A stretch of DNA of 64,000 bases from Candidatus Eremiobacteria bacterium (GCA_963737065.1 CAVTRC010000001.1:1696001-1760000); one strand, 5' to 3'; positions 52,535-64,000 are shown, numbered from the stretch's first letter. Numbers and translations: made by a program. The notes: generated by a model from the letters alone, not told the origin.

Positions 52535-52942
52535 GTGAAAGCCAGAGACATCATGACTCCGAATGCTGAGTCGGTCGACGAGAACGAGACCATTGAAAAC
52601 ATTGCACGGCGGCTTGCAAGCGAAAATATCGGTGCGATGCCGATCTGTGACGGCGATCATCTGCGCGGCATAGTAACCGATCGCGATATCGTCACCAAAG
52701 TCGTCGCGCAAGGGCGCGATCCCGCGCAAGTGCGCGCAAAGGAATTAGAAACCGGTGATCCGGTCACGATCGGCGCGGACGATTCGATCGAAGAAGCAGC
52801 GCAGACGATGGCGCAGCACAAAGTGCGCCGCCTGCCGGTGATCGATGGTGACAAACTGATCGGGATGGTCAGCCAGGCGGATTTGGTCAAGTCGTTGCCG
52901 CCTGACCGCGCGACGGAAATGTTGCAGGCGATATCGACCTAA
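52535..52942 (+). CDS. CBS-pair protein (Hrp1-like)
   Basis: ARDIMT, GIVTDRDI, VRRLPV; GGAGG RBS. Confidence 0.88.
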   Translation: MKARDIMTPNAESVDENETIENIARRLASENIGAMPICDGDHLRGIVTDRDIVTKVVAQGRDPAQVRAKELETGDPVTIGADDSIEEAAQTMAQHKVRRLPVIDGDKLIGMVSQADLVKSLPPDRATEMLQAIST

Positions 52943-53367
52943 GGACGTTCGGCAAACATCGCGAGGTCGTCGTACTCGAGCATCTTGAGCATCGGCGTCT
53001 CGAGCGGAAGCTCTTTCGCGACCGGATAGCGTTCGAAAAATTTCGGACTGTCGATCCGGTCGCGAATCGTTATCGCGGACAGCGTCGCATTGACGTTATC
53101 GCGCTGTTGTTGCGTTGTTCGTGCAAGGATCCATGTCGCGACGTCGTCATCGCTGTGCGCAAGCGCAACGATGGAAGTGACGTCGTCGAGGTCGATGCCG
53201 AGTCCTGAGAGCACGCGCGTGCTGAATCCCTCGAGTTTATACTCGCCCGGCTCTCCGCCGGGAAGCGTAGCGCGAATTTTATCGACGGTGCGCGCCATAA
53301 AGATTACACCTCCGAGCACATCGGTCGGCTTTCGCGGCGGTGCAAGCGTCAGATTTAACGGTTCCAC
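52939..53367 (-). CDS. DUF5069-like protein
   Basis: LTLAPPR..LGG..MARTVDKIRA..G..GEY pattern. Confidence 0.6.
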   Translation of the reverse strand: MEPLNLTLAPPRKPTDVLGGVIFMARTVDKIRATLPGGEPGEYKLEGFSTRVLSGLGIDLDDVTSIVALAHSDDDVATWILARTTQQQRDNVNATLSAITIRDRIDSPKFFERYPVAKELPLETPMLKMLEYDDLAMFAERP

Positions 53368-53462
53368 GAGGCTCCCTCAAATGTCGCAGGAAGGCGCGTT
53401 TAGCCGCCTCCTCAAACTGTGTATACCCGCCTCGACGAGGCCGGTTTGCGCTGGAGGAATAC

Positions 53463-54641
53463 TTGTCTACCACTGGTTTGGTTGTCGACCGCGGACTCGA
53501 AGGCGTCATCGTCGGGTCCACGGATCTTAGTAATGTCGAAGGGCAGATCGGACGCCTGACGTATCGCGGTTACGATATCGACGACCTCGCGCCGAATGCG
53601 TGTTTCGAAGAAGTCGTAAGTCTGTTGCTCTACGGTCATCTGCCGACAACCGATGAACTGGAATCGCTCAAGCGCGAACTCGCATCGCGCGCATCGTTGC
53701 CTGGACCGCTCGTCACGTCCATGCAAAACGTTCCGAAAACTGCGTGGCCGATGGACGTGCTGCGCACGATCGTGAGCGGACTTGCGCTGTTTTCGCCGGT
53801 GAACAACAAAGGCGAACACGTATCCGACGTGCATACTGCGATCGAATTGATCGCCAAGATGACGACGATCGTCGCCGCGTGGGACCGTATTCGGCGGGGA
53901 CTCGATCCGATCGAACCGCGTTCCGACCTTTCGCATGCTGCAAATTTTTTGTATATGCGCAGCGGGAAGGTGCCGACGGAGGTGGAGCAAGACGCGATGG
54001 ACACGTACATGGTGTTGCTCGCCGATCACTCGTACAACGCATCGACCTTTTCCGCACGCGTTACGGCTTCGACTCGCGCCGATTTGTATGCCGCCGTCAC
54101 GGCTGCCATCGCCACGCTAACCGGCGATCTTCACGGCGGTGCTGCGAGCGCATCATACAACAACCTCGTCGCCATCGGTTCACCGGAAAAAGCGGAGAAG
54201 TTCGTGCGTGACGAGCTTGCGAAAGGTCACCGCATCATGGGCATGGGGCATCGCGAGTATCGCGTACGCGACCCGCGCGCCAAGCATCTGGAAGCAATCG
54301 CGAAGAAGCTCTCGCAGCAACGCGGCGATACGAAATGGTATTTGATTGCGCGCGAGCTCGAGGATCAAAGCCAGCGGATTCTCGCGGAAGAGAAACCCGA
54401 TCGGAGAATCTACGCGAACGTCGATTTCTACAGCGCGCCGTTGATGGCCGATCTCGGCATTCCGGGCGACGAATACACGTGCATTTTTGCGTGCGGACGC
54501 ATCGCCGGCTGGGCCGCGCACGTTCTCGAACAGTTGCACGACAACCGGTTGATTCGCCCTCAGGCGACGTACGTCGGTCCGCCACCAGGGCCGTTCGTCC
54601 CAATCGAAGCGCGTGGCGGCGCCGCGGTGGGCACGGCATGA
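53463..54641 (+). CDS. gltA: Citrate synthase / 2-methylcitrate synthase family
   Basis: GLEGV, DHSYNASTF, LHGGA, MGMGHR, ANVDFY, LIRP. Confidence 0.9.
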   Translation: MSTTGLVVDRGLEGVIVGSTDLSNVEGQIGRLTYRGYDIDDLAPNACFEEVVSLLLYGHLPTTDELESLKRELASRASLPGPLVTSMQNVPKTAWPMDVLRTIVSGLALFSPVNNKGEHVSDVHTAIELIAKMTTIVAAWDRIRRGLDPIEPRSDLSHAANFLYMRSGKVPTEVEQDAMDTYMVLLADHSYNASTFSARVTASTRADLYAAVTAAIATLTGDLHGGAASASYNNLVAIGSPEKAEKFVRDELAKGHRIMGMGHREYRVRDPRAKHLEAIAKKLSQQRGDTKWYLIARELEDQSQRILAEEKPDRRIYANVDFYSAPLMADLGIPGDEYTCIFACGRIAGWAAHVLEQLHDNRLIRPQATYVGPPPGPFVPIEARGGAAVGTA

Positions 54642-55360
54642 TCGTCATTCCCGCGCTCGATATTCGCGGTGGGAAGTGTGTTCGCATGGAACGCGGCGAC
54701 TTGAAGACATCAACGGTCTATTCCGACGATCCCGTCGCGCAAGCGCGCGCTTTCGTCAACGCAGGGGCAGAGAACTTGCACGTCATCGATATCGACGCCG
54801 CATTTGGGCACGGCGATAACATGGTCGTCATTCGCGAGATCTGCAGCGCGGTCTCCGTTGCCGTTCAAGTGGGCGGCGGAATCCGCAACGCCGATCAGGC
54901 ACGCGCGCGTATCGAAGCGGGCGCGGCGGAGATCATTCTCGGCACGGTTCTCGTCGAAGACGAGCGCGTTGCTCGCAATATCATCGGCAAGTACGGCGCG
55001 AAGGTCATCGCTGCGATCGATGCGCGCGGAACGCACGTCGCGACTCGCGGCTGGCTCGAGTCTACGCCCGTCGATCGCGACTCGCTCGTGAAGCGCGTCG
55101 CGCAATGGGGCGTGACGCGCGTCATTTTCACGGAAATTCGTCGCGACGGCATGGGCGAGGGCTACGACATCGATGCGCTGCGCGCAGTCGCCGCCGCAGC
55201 CGACGTGAAGGTGACCGCGAACGGCGGCGCGAGAACGATCCACGACATCAAAATCCTTGTGAATGAGGCGCCGCCGTCGGTCGATTCGTGTATCGTCGGC
55301 AGCGCGATCTACAAGGGAACGATCGGCCTGGCGGAGGCCTTCGAAGCGGCTCGCACGTAA
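54638..55360 (+). CDS. hisA: HisA-family isomerase
   Basis: IPALDI..GKCVR, HVIDID, QVGGGIR, RRDG. Confidence 0.8.
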   Translation: MIVIPALDIRGGKCVRMERGDLKTSTVYSDDPVAQARAFVNAGAENLHVIDIDAAFGHGDNMVVIREICSAVSVAVQVGGGIRNADQARARIEAGAAEIILGTVLVEDERVARNIIGKYGAKVIAAIDARGTHVATRGWLESTPVDRDSLVKRVAQWGVTRVIFTEIRRDGMGEGYDIDALRAVAAAADVKVTANGGARTIHDIKILVNEAPPSVDSCIVGSAIYKGTIGLAEAFEAART

Positions 55361-55370
55361 CCTTAGAACG

Positions 55371-56921
55371 GTGAACAGAATGTTTGCCGTTTTGATGCTT
55401 CTAGCGGTGACGTCGTCACCGGCCGTGGCCGCGCAATCCATCGATCAGATCGCAACGCGGCCCGAACTTCGCGACTCGATTGTCGCGGGCGAAGTCTACG
55501 ATCTCGATTCGCACCGCGTTCTCTATTCGCGCAATCCGTACACGCTGATGGAAGCCGCCTCGACGACGAAACTGGTTACCGAAGGCACGTCGCTCGCGCT
55601 GCTGGGCGCTGATTTCCGCTATACCACACCGGTGTATCGCACGGGCCCGCTCGATGCATCGGGAACGCTCCACGGCGACGTCGTGCTGGTCGCAAGCGGC
55701 GATCCGAATCTCTCGCAGCGCATCAAGCCCGACGGGACGCTCGCCTTCGAGAACGAGGATCATATCTACGGTGGGTCGCTCGACACGCGGGTCGTTCCAG
55801 GTGACCCGCTCGCAGTGTTGCGCGACCTGGCCCAGCAAGTCGTGCACGCGGGCGTCAAGCGAATCGATGGATACGTCCTCGTCGATACGTCGCTCTTCCC
55901 GGATCAGGGTCCGGAAGCGGGAACCGGAACGGTTGTCTCACCGATCGCTGTGAACGACAACGTGGTGGACCTTACGTGGACCGCCGGCGCAAAAGCGGGT
56001 GATCCGGTTCAAATGACCGTTTCGCCGCAAACCTCGTACGTGTCGTTCGTCAACAAAATGACGACGGGCGCGCCGGGTTCGGAATACAAACTGATCCCGA
56101 ACGACGTACCGTCACAGGCTGCGCATACGCACACCGTGACGCTTACGGGCAGCGTTCCCGCCGGGAAGTCCATCGTCGACGCGTATCCCGTGCCCGAACC
56201 CAAATTGTTCGCCCAAGCCGCATTCACGCAGGCGCTGAGCGACGCCGGTGTGTCGGTCGCGTCGCCGACGCCCGACGCATCGCACGCTCCGAATGCCGCG
56301 ATGTACACCGACGCAAACCGGATTGCGCAGCACGTGTCACCGCCGCTTTCCGAGGACGTGTACGTCACGCTGAAGGTTAGCCATAATTTGCACGCCGCGC
56401 TCATGCCCTACATGTGGGCGGTCTACGTTGCGCACGCAAAAACCGATTTTCTCAAAGCCGGCTTCGCGCGGGAACGGCAGTTGCTGACAAACGCGGGGCT
56501 CAACACGTCAAACGCCGTGGAGCAAGATGGACTTGGCGGGTTTGCGTTCTTCACGCCGCAGTTCATGGTTCAGTATCTTGCGTGGGTCGCGAAACAGCCG
56601 TGGTATGCATCGTTTCACCGCGCGTTGCCGATTCTCGGCGTCGATGGGACGCTTTTCAACATTCAAAATGGTTCGCCGGCCGACGGTAAAGTGTTCGCGA
56701 AGACCGGTACGTGGGGCAGCGGCGACGTCTTGAACGATCGCGGCCTCGTCACCAAGGGCCTCGCGGGATTCACAACGACACGAAGCGGCCATCACGTCGC
56801 GTTTGCGTTTTGGATCAATCGTTTGCCCGGCAAACAAAGTATCTACGTGAATCAAGACACCGCGCACCATGCCGGCGAATTGCTCGGTGCGATGGCCGCC
56901 GCAACGTATCTGAATTACTGA
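55371..56921 (+). CDS. dacB: S13 D-Ala-D-Ala carboxypeptidase/endopeptidase (PBP4)
   Basis: ASTTK, SGDP, SHN, AKTGT. Confidence 0.88.
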   Translation: MNRMFAVLMLLAVTSSPAVAAQSIDQIATRPELRDSIVAGEVYDLDSHRVLYSRNPYTLMEAASTTKLVTEGTSLALLGADFRYTTPVYRTGPLDASGTLHGDVVLVASGDPNLSQRIKPDGTLAFENEDHIYGGSLDTRVVPGDPLAVLRDLAQQVVHAGVKRIDGYVLVDTSLFPDQGPEAGTGTVVSPIAVNDNVVDLTWTAGAKAGDPVQMTVSPQTSYVSFVNKMTTGAPGSEYKLIPNDVPSQAAHTHTVTLTGSVPAGKSIVDAYPVPEPKLFAQAAFTQALSDAGVSVASPTPDASHAPNAAMYTDANRIAQHVSPPLSEDVYVTLKVSHNLHAALMPYMWAVYVAHAKTDFLKAGFARERQLLTNAGLNTSNAVEQDGLGGFAFFTPQFMVQYLAWVAKQPWYASFHRALPILGVDGTLFNIQNGSPADGKVFAKTGTWGSGDVLNDRGLVTKGLAGFTTTRSGHHVAFAFWINRLPGKQSIYVNQDTAHHAGELLGAMAAATYLNY

Positions 56922-57805
56922 GGTCGCGGCGTCGGCCGCACCTTGGGGACGATGACGCGCGGACGCGGTTGAGGAGTGTATTTCGCCGGCGGCACCGGCG
57001 CGATGGTCGGCGCGATCGTCGGCGCCATCACCGGTGACGGCGTGCGATGCACGGGGCCCGGTAACGGCACGCGAGTCGGTTGCGGTGCAGCTGTCGGCCG
57101 TACCGCGGAGCGCGGCAGCAACTGAACGAATACGGGGAACGGCGCGTATGTGACCGTACCGTCGGGCCCAACGTACATCGCCGTAACGGGACAATTGATT
57201 GCCGTACCGACGGCCGCCGTCGGAATCAATCCCGTGTAAAACTGCGAGAGCGGCGCCGCGTTGAGCGGAAACTGCCATGCCGACGTGCAGACGAAGGCAA
57301 AAGCCTGTCCGCCGGGCGGCGCCGTCATTTGTACGTTGATCGGCGCGCCGCCGACGAATTGATTTCCCGACACATTGAACATCACCGCCGACTGAAACGG
57401 CGCACCGTATGAGTTGAATGTAGGCGCGCCAGCAGTGTCGGGTTCGGGCGGGGTCGTCGTCTCAAACGACCACGACGTCTGAAACTTCTTGCCGTCGCTA
57501 TCGGTGCCGCTGATCGATACCATGTGCGTTCCCTGCGCCAATCCGTCGCGCGGAATATACGTCACGTATTGACCGGCGTAGCTTGCGTTGGTCGTCACGT
57601 CGACGCTATCGAGTATCAGGTGCAGCGTCGCGATCGACGCGCCGCGCGAAATCGGCAGCCGTGCCGAGATCGTCGGATATGCAGAAGCGATGCGCGCCTC
57701 GGGTGCGGGCTGCTCGTCCTTCAACGGCGCGGCGCTCGGCGCAACGGATGGCGCGGCCGCAACGGCGACCGCCTGCACGGTAATGGCCGGCTGCCCGGTA
57801 ATCAT
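56915..57805 (-). CDS. Pro-rich hypothetical protein with Ig-like region
   Basis: LAQGTHMVSI..SWSFET pattern; Pro/Thr-rich tail. Confidence 0.6.
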   Translation of the reverse strand: MITGQPAITVQAVAVAAAPSVAPSAAPLKDEQPAPEARIASAYPTISARLPISRGASIATLHLILDSVDVTTNASYAGQYVTYIPRDGLAQGTHMVSISGTDSDGKKFQTSWSFETTTPPEPDTAGAPTFNSYGAPFQSAVMFNVSGNQFVGGAPINVQMTAPPGGQAFAFVCTSAWQFPLNAAPLSQFYTGLIPTAAVGTAINCPVTAMYVGPDGTVTYAPFPVFVQLLPRSAVRPTAAPQPTRVPLPGPVHRTPSPVMAPTIAPTIAPVPPAKYTPQPRPRVIVPKVRPTPRPQ

Positions 57806-57890
57806 GTGCCCCTATAACGCATCATGCGAAAGTGTTCGTTGCGATGACGCTGATTTCTTCACCGAACCGGCGAGCCGCGTGGTGCGTATC

Positions 57891-59024
57891 TTAGTTGTCG
57901 GTGTAGACGCGCGGCAACGACTCCGGAATCCGCGTGACGACTTCGTAGTTGATTGAGCCGCTCCACGTGCCCCAGTTTTCTGCCGTGATTTCGTCGTTGC
58001 CGTCGCGACCGATGAGCGTCACGCGCGATCCGCTTCGGGCATTGGAAGCATGCGTCAGATCGATCGCGCACATGTTCATCGCGATGCGGCCCAAAATCGC
58101 ACAACGCGCGCCGTCAACGAGCATCGAACCGACGTTGCCGAGCGCGCGCGGAATGCCGTCGGCATACCCCAGCGGCACGATGCCGATGCGCATCGGGCGT
58201 GGCGCGTGATACGTCGTGCCGTAGCCGATCGCTTCACCGGCCGCGATTTGCCGCGTCGTGACCACTTCAGTAACGTACGTCAAGGCGGGCTCTAACGGCA
58301 ATGTTCCGCCGTTCATTGCTTCGCGCGTCTGCGGCGAAGGCCACAAGCCGTACAACGCGATGCCGATGCGACACATGTCCAGCCGCGTTTGCGGCCACAG
58401 CATCGCCGCGGCCGACGCGGCGATATGACGGATTGGAATCGCGTCGTGTGACGCGAGAACCGGCTCGGACTGCGCGTATGCTTTGGTGAAGCGTTCGAGC
58501 TGATGCAGCGTGTACGGCGAATCGATCTCTTCCGCTGACGCAAGATGCGAAAAAATGCCCGCAATCTCGATGTCCGGCACGCGGCAATAGTCTTCGATGG
58601 CATCCGCGAGTTCTTCCGGTTCGAGCCCCAAGCGGTTCAGGCCAGTGTTCACTTTGACGTGGACCTTGACGCGCTTGTGCGCCTTCTTGGACGCGTTCGC
58701 GAGGGTGCGAACGTATTCGTGCATATCCCACAACGCCATCTCGACGTTGAGCTCGAGCATGTCGTCGAAGACGTCGTGCGGCATCGGGCCCATGACGAGA
58801 ATCGGTACGGTGACGCCGCCCTCGCGCAGCGCTACCGCTTCTTCTATCGAGTATACGCAGAGCTTTTTTGCGAACGGCTCCACGGCAAGGGCTGTTTCGA
58901 TGATGCCATGCCCGTACGCGTTGCCTTTGACGACAAACGCCGCGGCGCTCGGAGCGATGAGATTGCGAAGCGCCTCGGCGTTATGGCGTAACGCCGAGAG
59001 CGAAACGTGGATCGCACCGATCAC
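57891..59024 (-). CDS. alr: Alanine racemase
   Basis: VVKGNAYGHG, KVNTGLNRLG, IGYG, GYADG. Confidence 0.95.
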   Translation of the reverse strand: MIGAIHVSLSALRHNAEALRNLIAPSAAAFVVKGNAYGHGIIETALAVEPFAKKLCVYSIEEAVALREGGVTVPILVMGPMPHDVFDDMLELNVEMALWDMHEYVRTLANASKKAHKRVKVHVKVNTGLNRLGLEPEELADAIEDYCRVPDIEIAGIFSHLASAEEIDSPYTLHQLERFTKAYAQSEPVLASHDAIPIRHIAASAAAMLWPQTRLDMCRIGIALYGLWPSPQTREAMNGGTLPLEPALTYVTEVVTTRQIAAGEAIGYGTTYHAPRPMRIGIVPLGYADGIPRALGNVGSMLVDGARCAILGRIAMNMCAIDLTHASNARSGSRVTLIGRDGNDEITAENWGTWSGSINYEVVTRIPESLPRVYTDN

Positions 59025-59491
59025 GCGTGCTCATCCATACGCGCGACGACGTAAGCGACCGGCAGACCGAAGAAAACGCAGTGCGCGATCAGCGCGTTGA
59101 GCAGCATCGGTGCCGACGATGGCGGCCCCAACTTGCGTGCGCCGAGCAGAAAAATGTCCATGAAGATGTAGACGACGATTCCGTATGCCGGCCCTGAGAT
59201 GTACCAGCGCGCATTCATGAAGCGTTGCCCCTGCGCTAGATATGCGTAGCCGCCCGCCCACGAGATGCTGATGAAAAAGTGGATCAGCAGTCCGAGCCAG
59301 GCATACGCCGGACTCGTGAATGCCACGTCGCCGATAGCGGCGGATGCAATCCATTGCCAGCTTCCGAGTATGCTTGCGTGAACGGGTACGATGGTGGTCG
59401 CAATGAGATACACCTCGAGAAGCACGCCCGCGATAATGCCGGCCGCGAACGCCTGGCGAACGATCGCATTCCAATTCCGTTTTTCCGTCAT
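59021..59491 (-). CDS. Four-TM hypothetical membrane protein
   Basis: Hydrophobic helices, GLLIHF and AHCVFFG; overlaps alr start. Confidence 0.7.
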   Translation of the reverse strand: MTEKRNWNAIVRQAFAAGIIAGVLLEVYLIATTIVPVHASILGSWQWIASAAIGDVAFTSPAYAWLGLLIHFFISISWAGGYAYLAQGQRFMNARWYISGPAYGIVVYIFMDIFLLGARKLGPPSSAPMLLNALIAHCVFFGLPVAYVVARMDEHA

Positions 59492-60587
59492 GAGCCGGTG
59501 CTTTCGCATCGCATCGCTCGCTCTACTCTTTGCCGTTTCTGCGATTGCCGCCGCCGTTTCAGCCGACTATCCGCCGCCCACGAGCGGCACGTATACGATT
59601 CCGTCGTTCAGCTTTGCCGACGGCGAAACGTTAACGAACCTTCGTTTGCATTACGAAACGTTTGGAACGCCGCAGACCGATGCATCCGGGCGAACGACGA
59701 ACGCCGTACTCGTCATTCACGGAACCGGTGGATCGGCACAGCAGTTCATCAGCGATCGCTTTGCGGGCGTGCTCTTCAAGCCGGGCGGCATTCTGGATGC
59801 GAGCAAGTATTTCATCATTCTTCCCGACGAAATCGGCCACGGTCAGTCGAGCAAACCGAGCGACGGAATGCGCGCGAAGTTTCCGCATTACGGTTATCAC
59901 GACATGGTGCGCGCAACGCACGATATGATCGTCAATGGATTGCACGTCAATCGCCTGCGCTTGGTCATGGGTACGTCGATGGGCGGAATGCAAACGTGGA
60001 TGTGGGGCGAGATGTATCCGACGATGATGGATGCGTTGATGCCGCTTGCGAGTCTGCCCGTCCAAATATCCGGGCGCAATCGCATTTGGCGCGACATGGT
60101 GGCCGATCTGATCACGAGTTCGCCGGGTTACGACGGCGGGAATTACACGAAGGAACCGTACGGTATGAGAGGCGCGGCCGATTTACTGTGGATGGTGGGC
60201 AGCGCACCGCTCTACGATCAGAGCATTATGCCGACGCGCGTCGCAGCAGACGCATATTACAAGGACCACGTCGCGACGCTTGCAACGCACTATGATGCTA
60301 ACGATTTGCTGTATCAAATTACGGCCTCGAGCGATTACGATCCCGAACCGCAGCTCGGTTCAATCGTTGCGCCATTGCTGGCAATCAACTCCGCCGACGA
60401 CCAAATCAACCCGCCGGAATTGGGAATTCTTGAGCGAGAAATTACGCGCGTACCGCACGGACGATTCATTATTTTGCCGATAACTAGCCAAACACGCGGA
60501 CACGGCACGCATACGCTGCCCGCGGTGTGGGGCCGGTACCTGGAAGAGTTCTTGCAACAAACCGCTCCGAACCGACCAAGCAAGTAG
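59490..60587 (+). CDS. Exported alpha/beta hydrolase (homoserine acetyltransferase-like)
   Basis: HGTGG, GTSMGG, SADD, GHGTH; signal peptide. Confidence 0.85.
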   Translation: MSRCFRIASLALLFAVSAIAAAVSADYPPPTSGTYTIPSFSFADGETLTNLRLHYETFGTPQTDASGRTTNAVLVIHGTGGSAQQFISDRFAGVLFKPGGILDASKYFIILPDEIGHGQSSKPSDGMRAKFPHYGYHDMVRATHDMIVNGLHVNRLRLVMGTSMGGMQTWMWGEMYPTMMDALMPLASLPVQISGRNRIWRDMVADLITSSPGYDGGNYTKEPYGMRGAADLLWMVGSAPLYDQSIMPTRVAADAYYKDHVATLATHYDANDLLYQITASSDYDPEPQLGSIVAPLLAINSADDQINPPELGILEREITRVPHGRFIILPITSQTRGHGTHTLPAVWGRYLEEFLQQTAPNRPSK

Positions 60588-60716
60588 CAGCCAGAATGCC
60601 AGCCGAGCGGTCGCTCTGTGGCGCAACTGCACGGGTATCCGCGAAGTTGTACGCGGAGCGACAAACCTTTATAGCGCTCTAAGCGATTTGTCAGTTGCTC
60701 GGAGTACGTTGCTACC

Positions 60717-61010
60717 ATGATGGGAAGTCGCCCGGTTCGCGAGCCCAACGAATTCGTGATCTGGAGCGCCAGCACGCTCTTGGGTCTCGTGCTTGGGATC
60801 GGAACCGCATTCATGCTCTGGGTGCAGCTGCATCGGAGCGCCGATCGGGCGGTCCTTGACGGCGCGGTCGTAGCGCTTGCACTCGGCCTTTCACTCGTCG
60901 CCGTCGCGGTTGAGAACCGCACGACCCGGCTCTTCATGTGGTCGTCGGCTGCCGGCCTCGTTGGCGCCTTTTTCGCCGGCGCCGGCGCGTTCGCAAGTCT
61001 CGCTGGCTAG
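60717..61010 (+). CDS. Small membrane protein
   Basis: Three hydrophobic segments; TACGTT 6 nt before ATG. Confidence 0.6.
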   Translation: MMGSRPVREPNEFVIWSASTLLGLVLGIGTAFMLWVQLHRSADRAVLDGAVVALALGLSLVAVAVENRTTRLFMWSSAAGLVGAFFAGAGAFASLAG

Positions 61011-61045
61011 GCGGTTCGCGCGCGATTCGGCGCCATTGCTTGGTT

Positions 61046-61109
61046 CTTGCACTCTCCATCCCGGTCTGCTAAGATTCCATGGCTGGCACTCTTCTGCTGT
61101 GAGTGCCAA
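61046..61109 (+). promoter_or_regulatory. groESL promoter with tandem CIRCE operators
   Basis: TTGCAC-N17-TAAGAT; CTGGCACTC-N9-GAGTGCCAA at 61083-61109; weaker CTTGCACTC-N9-GTCTGCTAA at 61046-61072. Confidence 0.88.
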
Positions 61110-61151
61110 TCCCCATAAGACATTCGTTCATATAGCGTTTTGGAGGTTTAC

Positions 61152-61457
61152 GTGAATCTCAAGCCTTTGGCTGATCGCGTGGTCATTGAGCACGTCGAGC
61201 AGAGCGAGAAGACCAATACCGGTATCTTCTTGCCCGACACTGCAAAGGAAAAACCGCAAGAGGGCGTTGTCCGTGCGGTCGGCACCGGCCGCGTGACGGA
61301 CGACGGCAAAACCCTCGCGATGACCGTCAAGGTCGGCGACCGAGTCATCTATTCGAAGTACTCGGGCTCCGAAGTGAAGATCGACGGTCAAGAGTACCTC
61401 ATTGTTTCCGAAAAAGACGTCCTTGCGATCGTCGACAAAGTTCCGGCTAGCGTTTAA
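61152..61457 (+). CDS. groES: Co-chaperonin GroES
   Basis: [17 protein letters not shown]. Confidence 0.98.
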   Translation: MNLKPLADRVVIEHVEQSEKTNTGIFLPDTAKEKPQEGVVRAVGTGRVTDDGKTLAMTVKVGDRVIYSKYSGSEVKIDGQEYLIVSEKDVLAIVDKVPASV

Positions 61458-61467
61458 GGAGCACTAG

Positions 61468-63141
<1,674 letters not shown>

Positions 63142-63147
63142 TTTCAA

Positions 63148-63171
63148 GTCACCCTGAGCTTGTCGAAGGAC
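63148..63171. repeat. REP-like element GTCACCCTGAGCTTGTCGAAGG
   Basis: Resembles a dispersed extragenic repeat I recall from other bacteria; only one copy seen here. Confidence 0.4.
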
Positions 63172-63174
63172 GCG

Positions 63175-63206
63175 AAGGGCGCTGCGATGATCGCAGCGCC
63201 CTTTTT
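63175..63206 (+). terminator. Intrinsic terminator after groEL
   Basis: AAGGGCGCTGCGAT-G-ATCGCAGCGCCCTT followed by T run. Confidence 0.9.
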
Positions 63207-63264
63207 GTTGTACGGCAGCGTATGTTGAAAGATTTATCAGTCGCGCACGAGATTGCGCTCGAAT

Positions 63265-64000
63265 TTACCCACTGAGGCCCTTCAACATGTCGCGCAGCGC
63301 GTGAAGAGCTTCCCGACGCAGCCTGTACAGCACGAAATAGCTTTCGCGCCGCCGTTGAAGCACGCCCGCTTCATAGAGCACGCGCAAATGCCGCGAAACG
63401 ACCGGCTCGGATGTCTGCAAGAAGCCGGCCAGTTCTCGCGTCGACAGGTCGCGCTGCGCGAGCAACTCAATGATGCGCAGGCGCGAGCGCTCGCCAAGCG
63501 CGTTAAGCAAACGCGCAGCTGCCGTGCGATTTGGAATGTTTCGCGCAGTTGCCGGCAGTGCAGGGAGCGGATATACAAGGGTACAGTCTACCCCGCCGTT
63601 CTTGCGGCGCAGGAAAAACGATTGGACTTGCGGCCAGGTGAAATACGAGGGGACTAACGTGAACGATGAGCGCTCCGTCAAAATCCGGACCGAATCGGAA
63701 GCTCCGAATCGTATCGTGCAGTGACGCCGATTCTCTCGTCGGACCGTGACGTCCGGTGTGAGCGTTCGCAAGAGCGCAGCGAGACCATGGAGCCGCAGAA
63801 TCCCCGTGCGCATCTCTACATCGCGCCGCAATTGCGCGTCGATCGAGCCCATGAGCGGTTCCATCACGCCGTTGTAGAACGCTTCGAGCGACGCGCACAG
63901 TCGATCCAAGCTCGATCGCGGAGAGGCGACGAATTCTTCGAGCATCGCCCGCGCTTGCGGATGATCTTCGGCGTAGCGGCGCGCTGCGTTTCGATACCAC
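63265..64000 (-). CDS. Regulator with C-terminal ArsR-type HTH, 5' end probably outside window
   Basis: ALGERSRLRIIELL, VVSRHLRVLYEAG, VLYRL; frame open to window edge. Confidence 0.8.
   Translation of the reverse strand, partial: WYRNAARRYAEDHPQARAMLEEFVASPRSSLDRLCASLEAFYNGVMEPLMGSIDAQLRRDVEMRTGILRLHGLAALLRTLTPDVTVRRENRRHCTIRFGASDSVRILTERSSFTLVPSYFTWPQVQSFFLRRKNGGVDCTLVYPLPALPATARNIPNRTAAARLLNALGERSRLRIIELLAQRDLSTRELAGFLQTSEPVVSRHLRVLYEAGVLQRRRESYFVLYRLRREALHALRDMLKGLSG

Overview
This is a GC-rich bacterial chromosomal window with no rRNA, tRNA, CRISPR array, prophage or transposase that I can support. In order it carries: an alpha-glucan cluster (glgX, malQ, NDP-sugar pyrophosphorylase/phosphohexomutase fusion, GT4, GH63, GH133); an ECF42-type sigma/DGPF operon; KGG stress proteins; envelope genes (lnt, LptC-, LptD- and LptF/G-like, SLT); a PP2C/kinase/regulator/STAS block; hsp20; oxyR-like; a cytochrome c-PQQ dehydrogenase; the dcw cluster (mraZ to ddl); gltA, hisA, dacB and alr; and CIRCE-controlled groES-groEL. 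Lpt genes together with CIRCE and MraZ boxes suggest a diderm Terrabacteria lineage, possibly Eremiobacterota/Vulcanimicrobiota (inference only). The main leads are: (1) a CofE/F420-0 gamma-glutamyl-ligase-like gene coupled between murF and mraY, a candidate new peptidoglycan-modifying ligase; (2) a structured, tandemly duplicated non-coding element whose 64-bp inverted repeat includes the 3' end of a small metallothionein-like gene; (3) a lipoprotein PQQ dehydrogenase with an N-terminal cytochrome c and a lanthanide-type D-x-D motif; (4) recurrent leaderless-type starts and divergent genes sharing a CATG. Three reading-frame breaks may be assembly errors. All protein family calls come from motif recognition by eye, not database searches.
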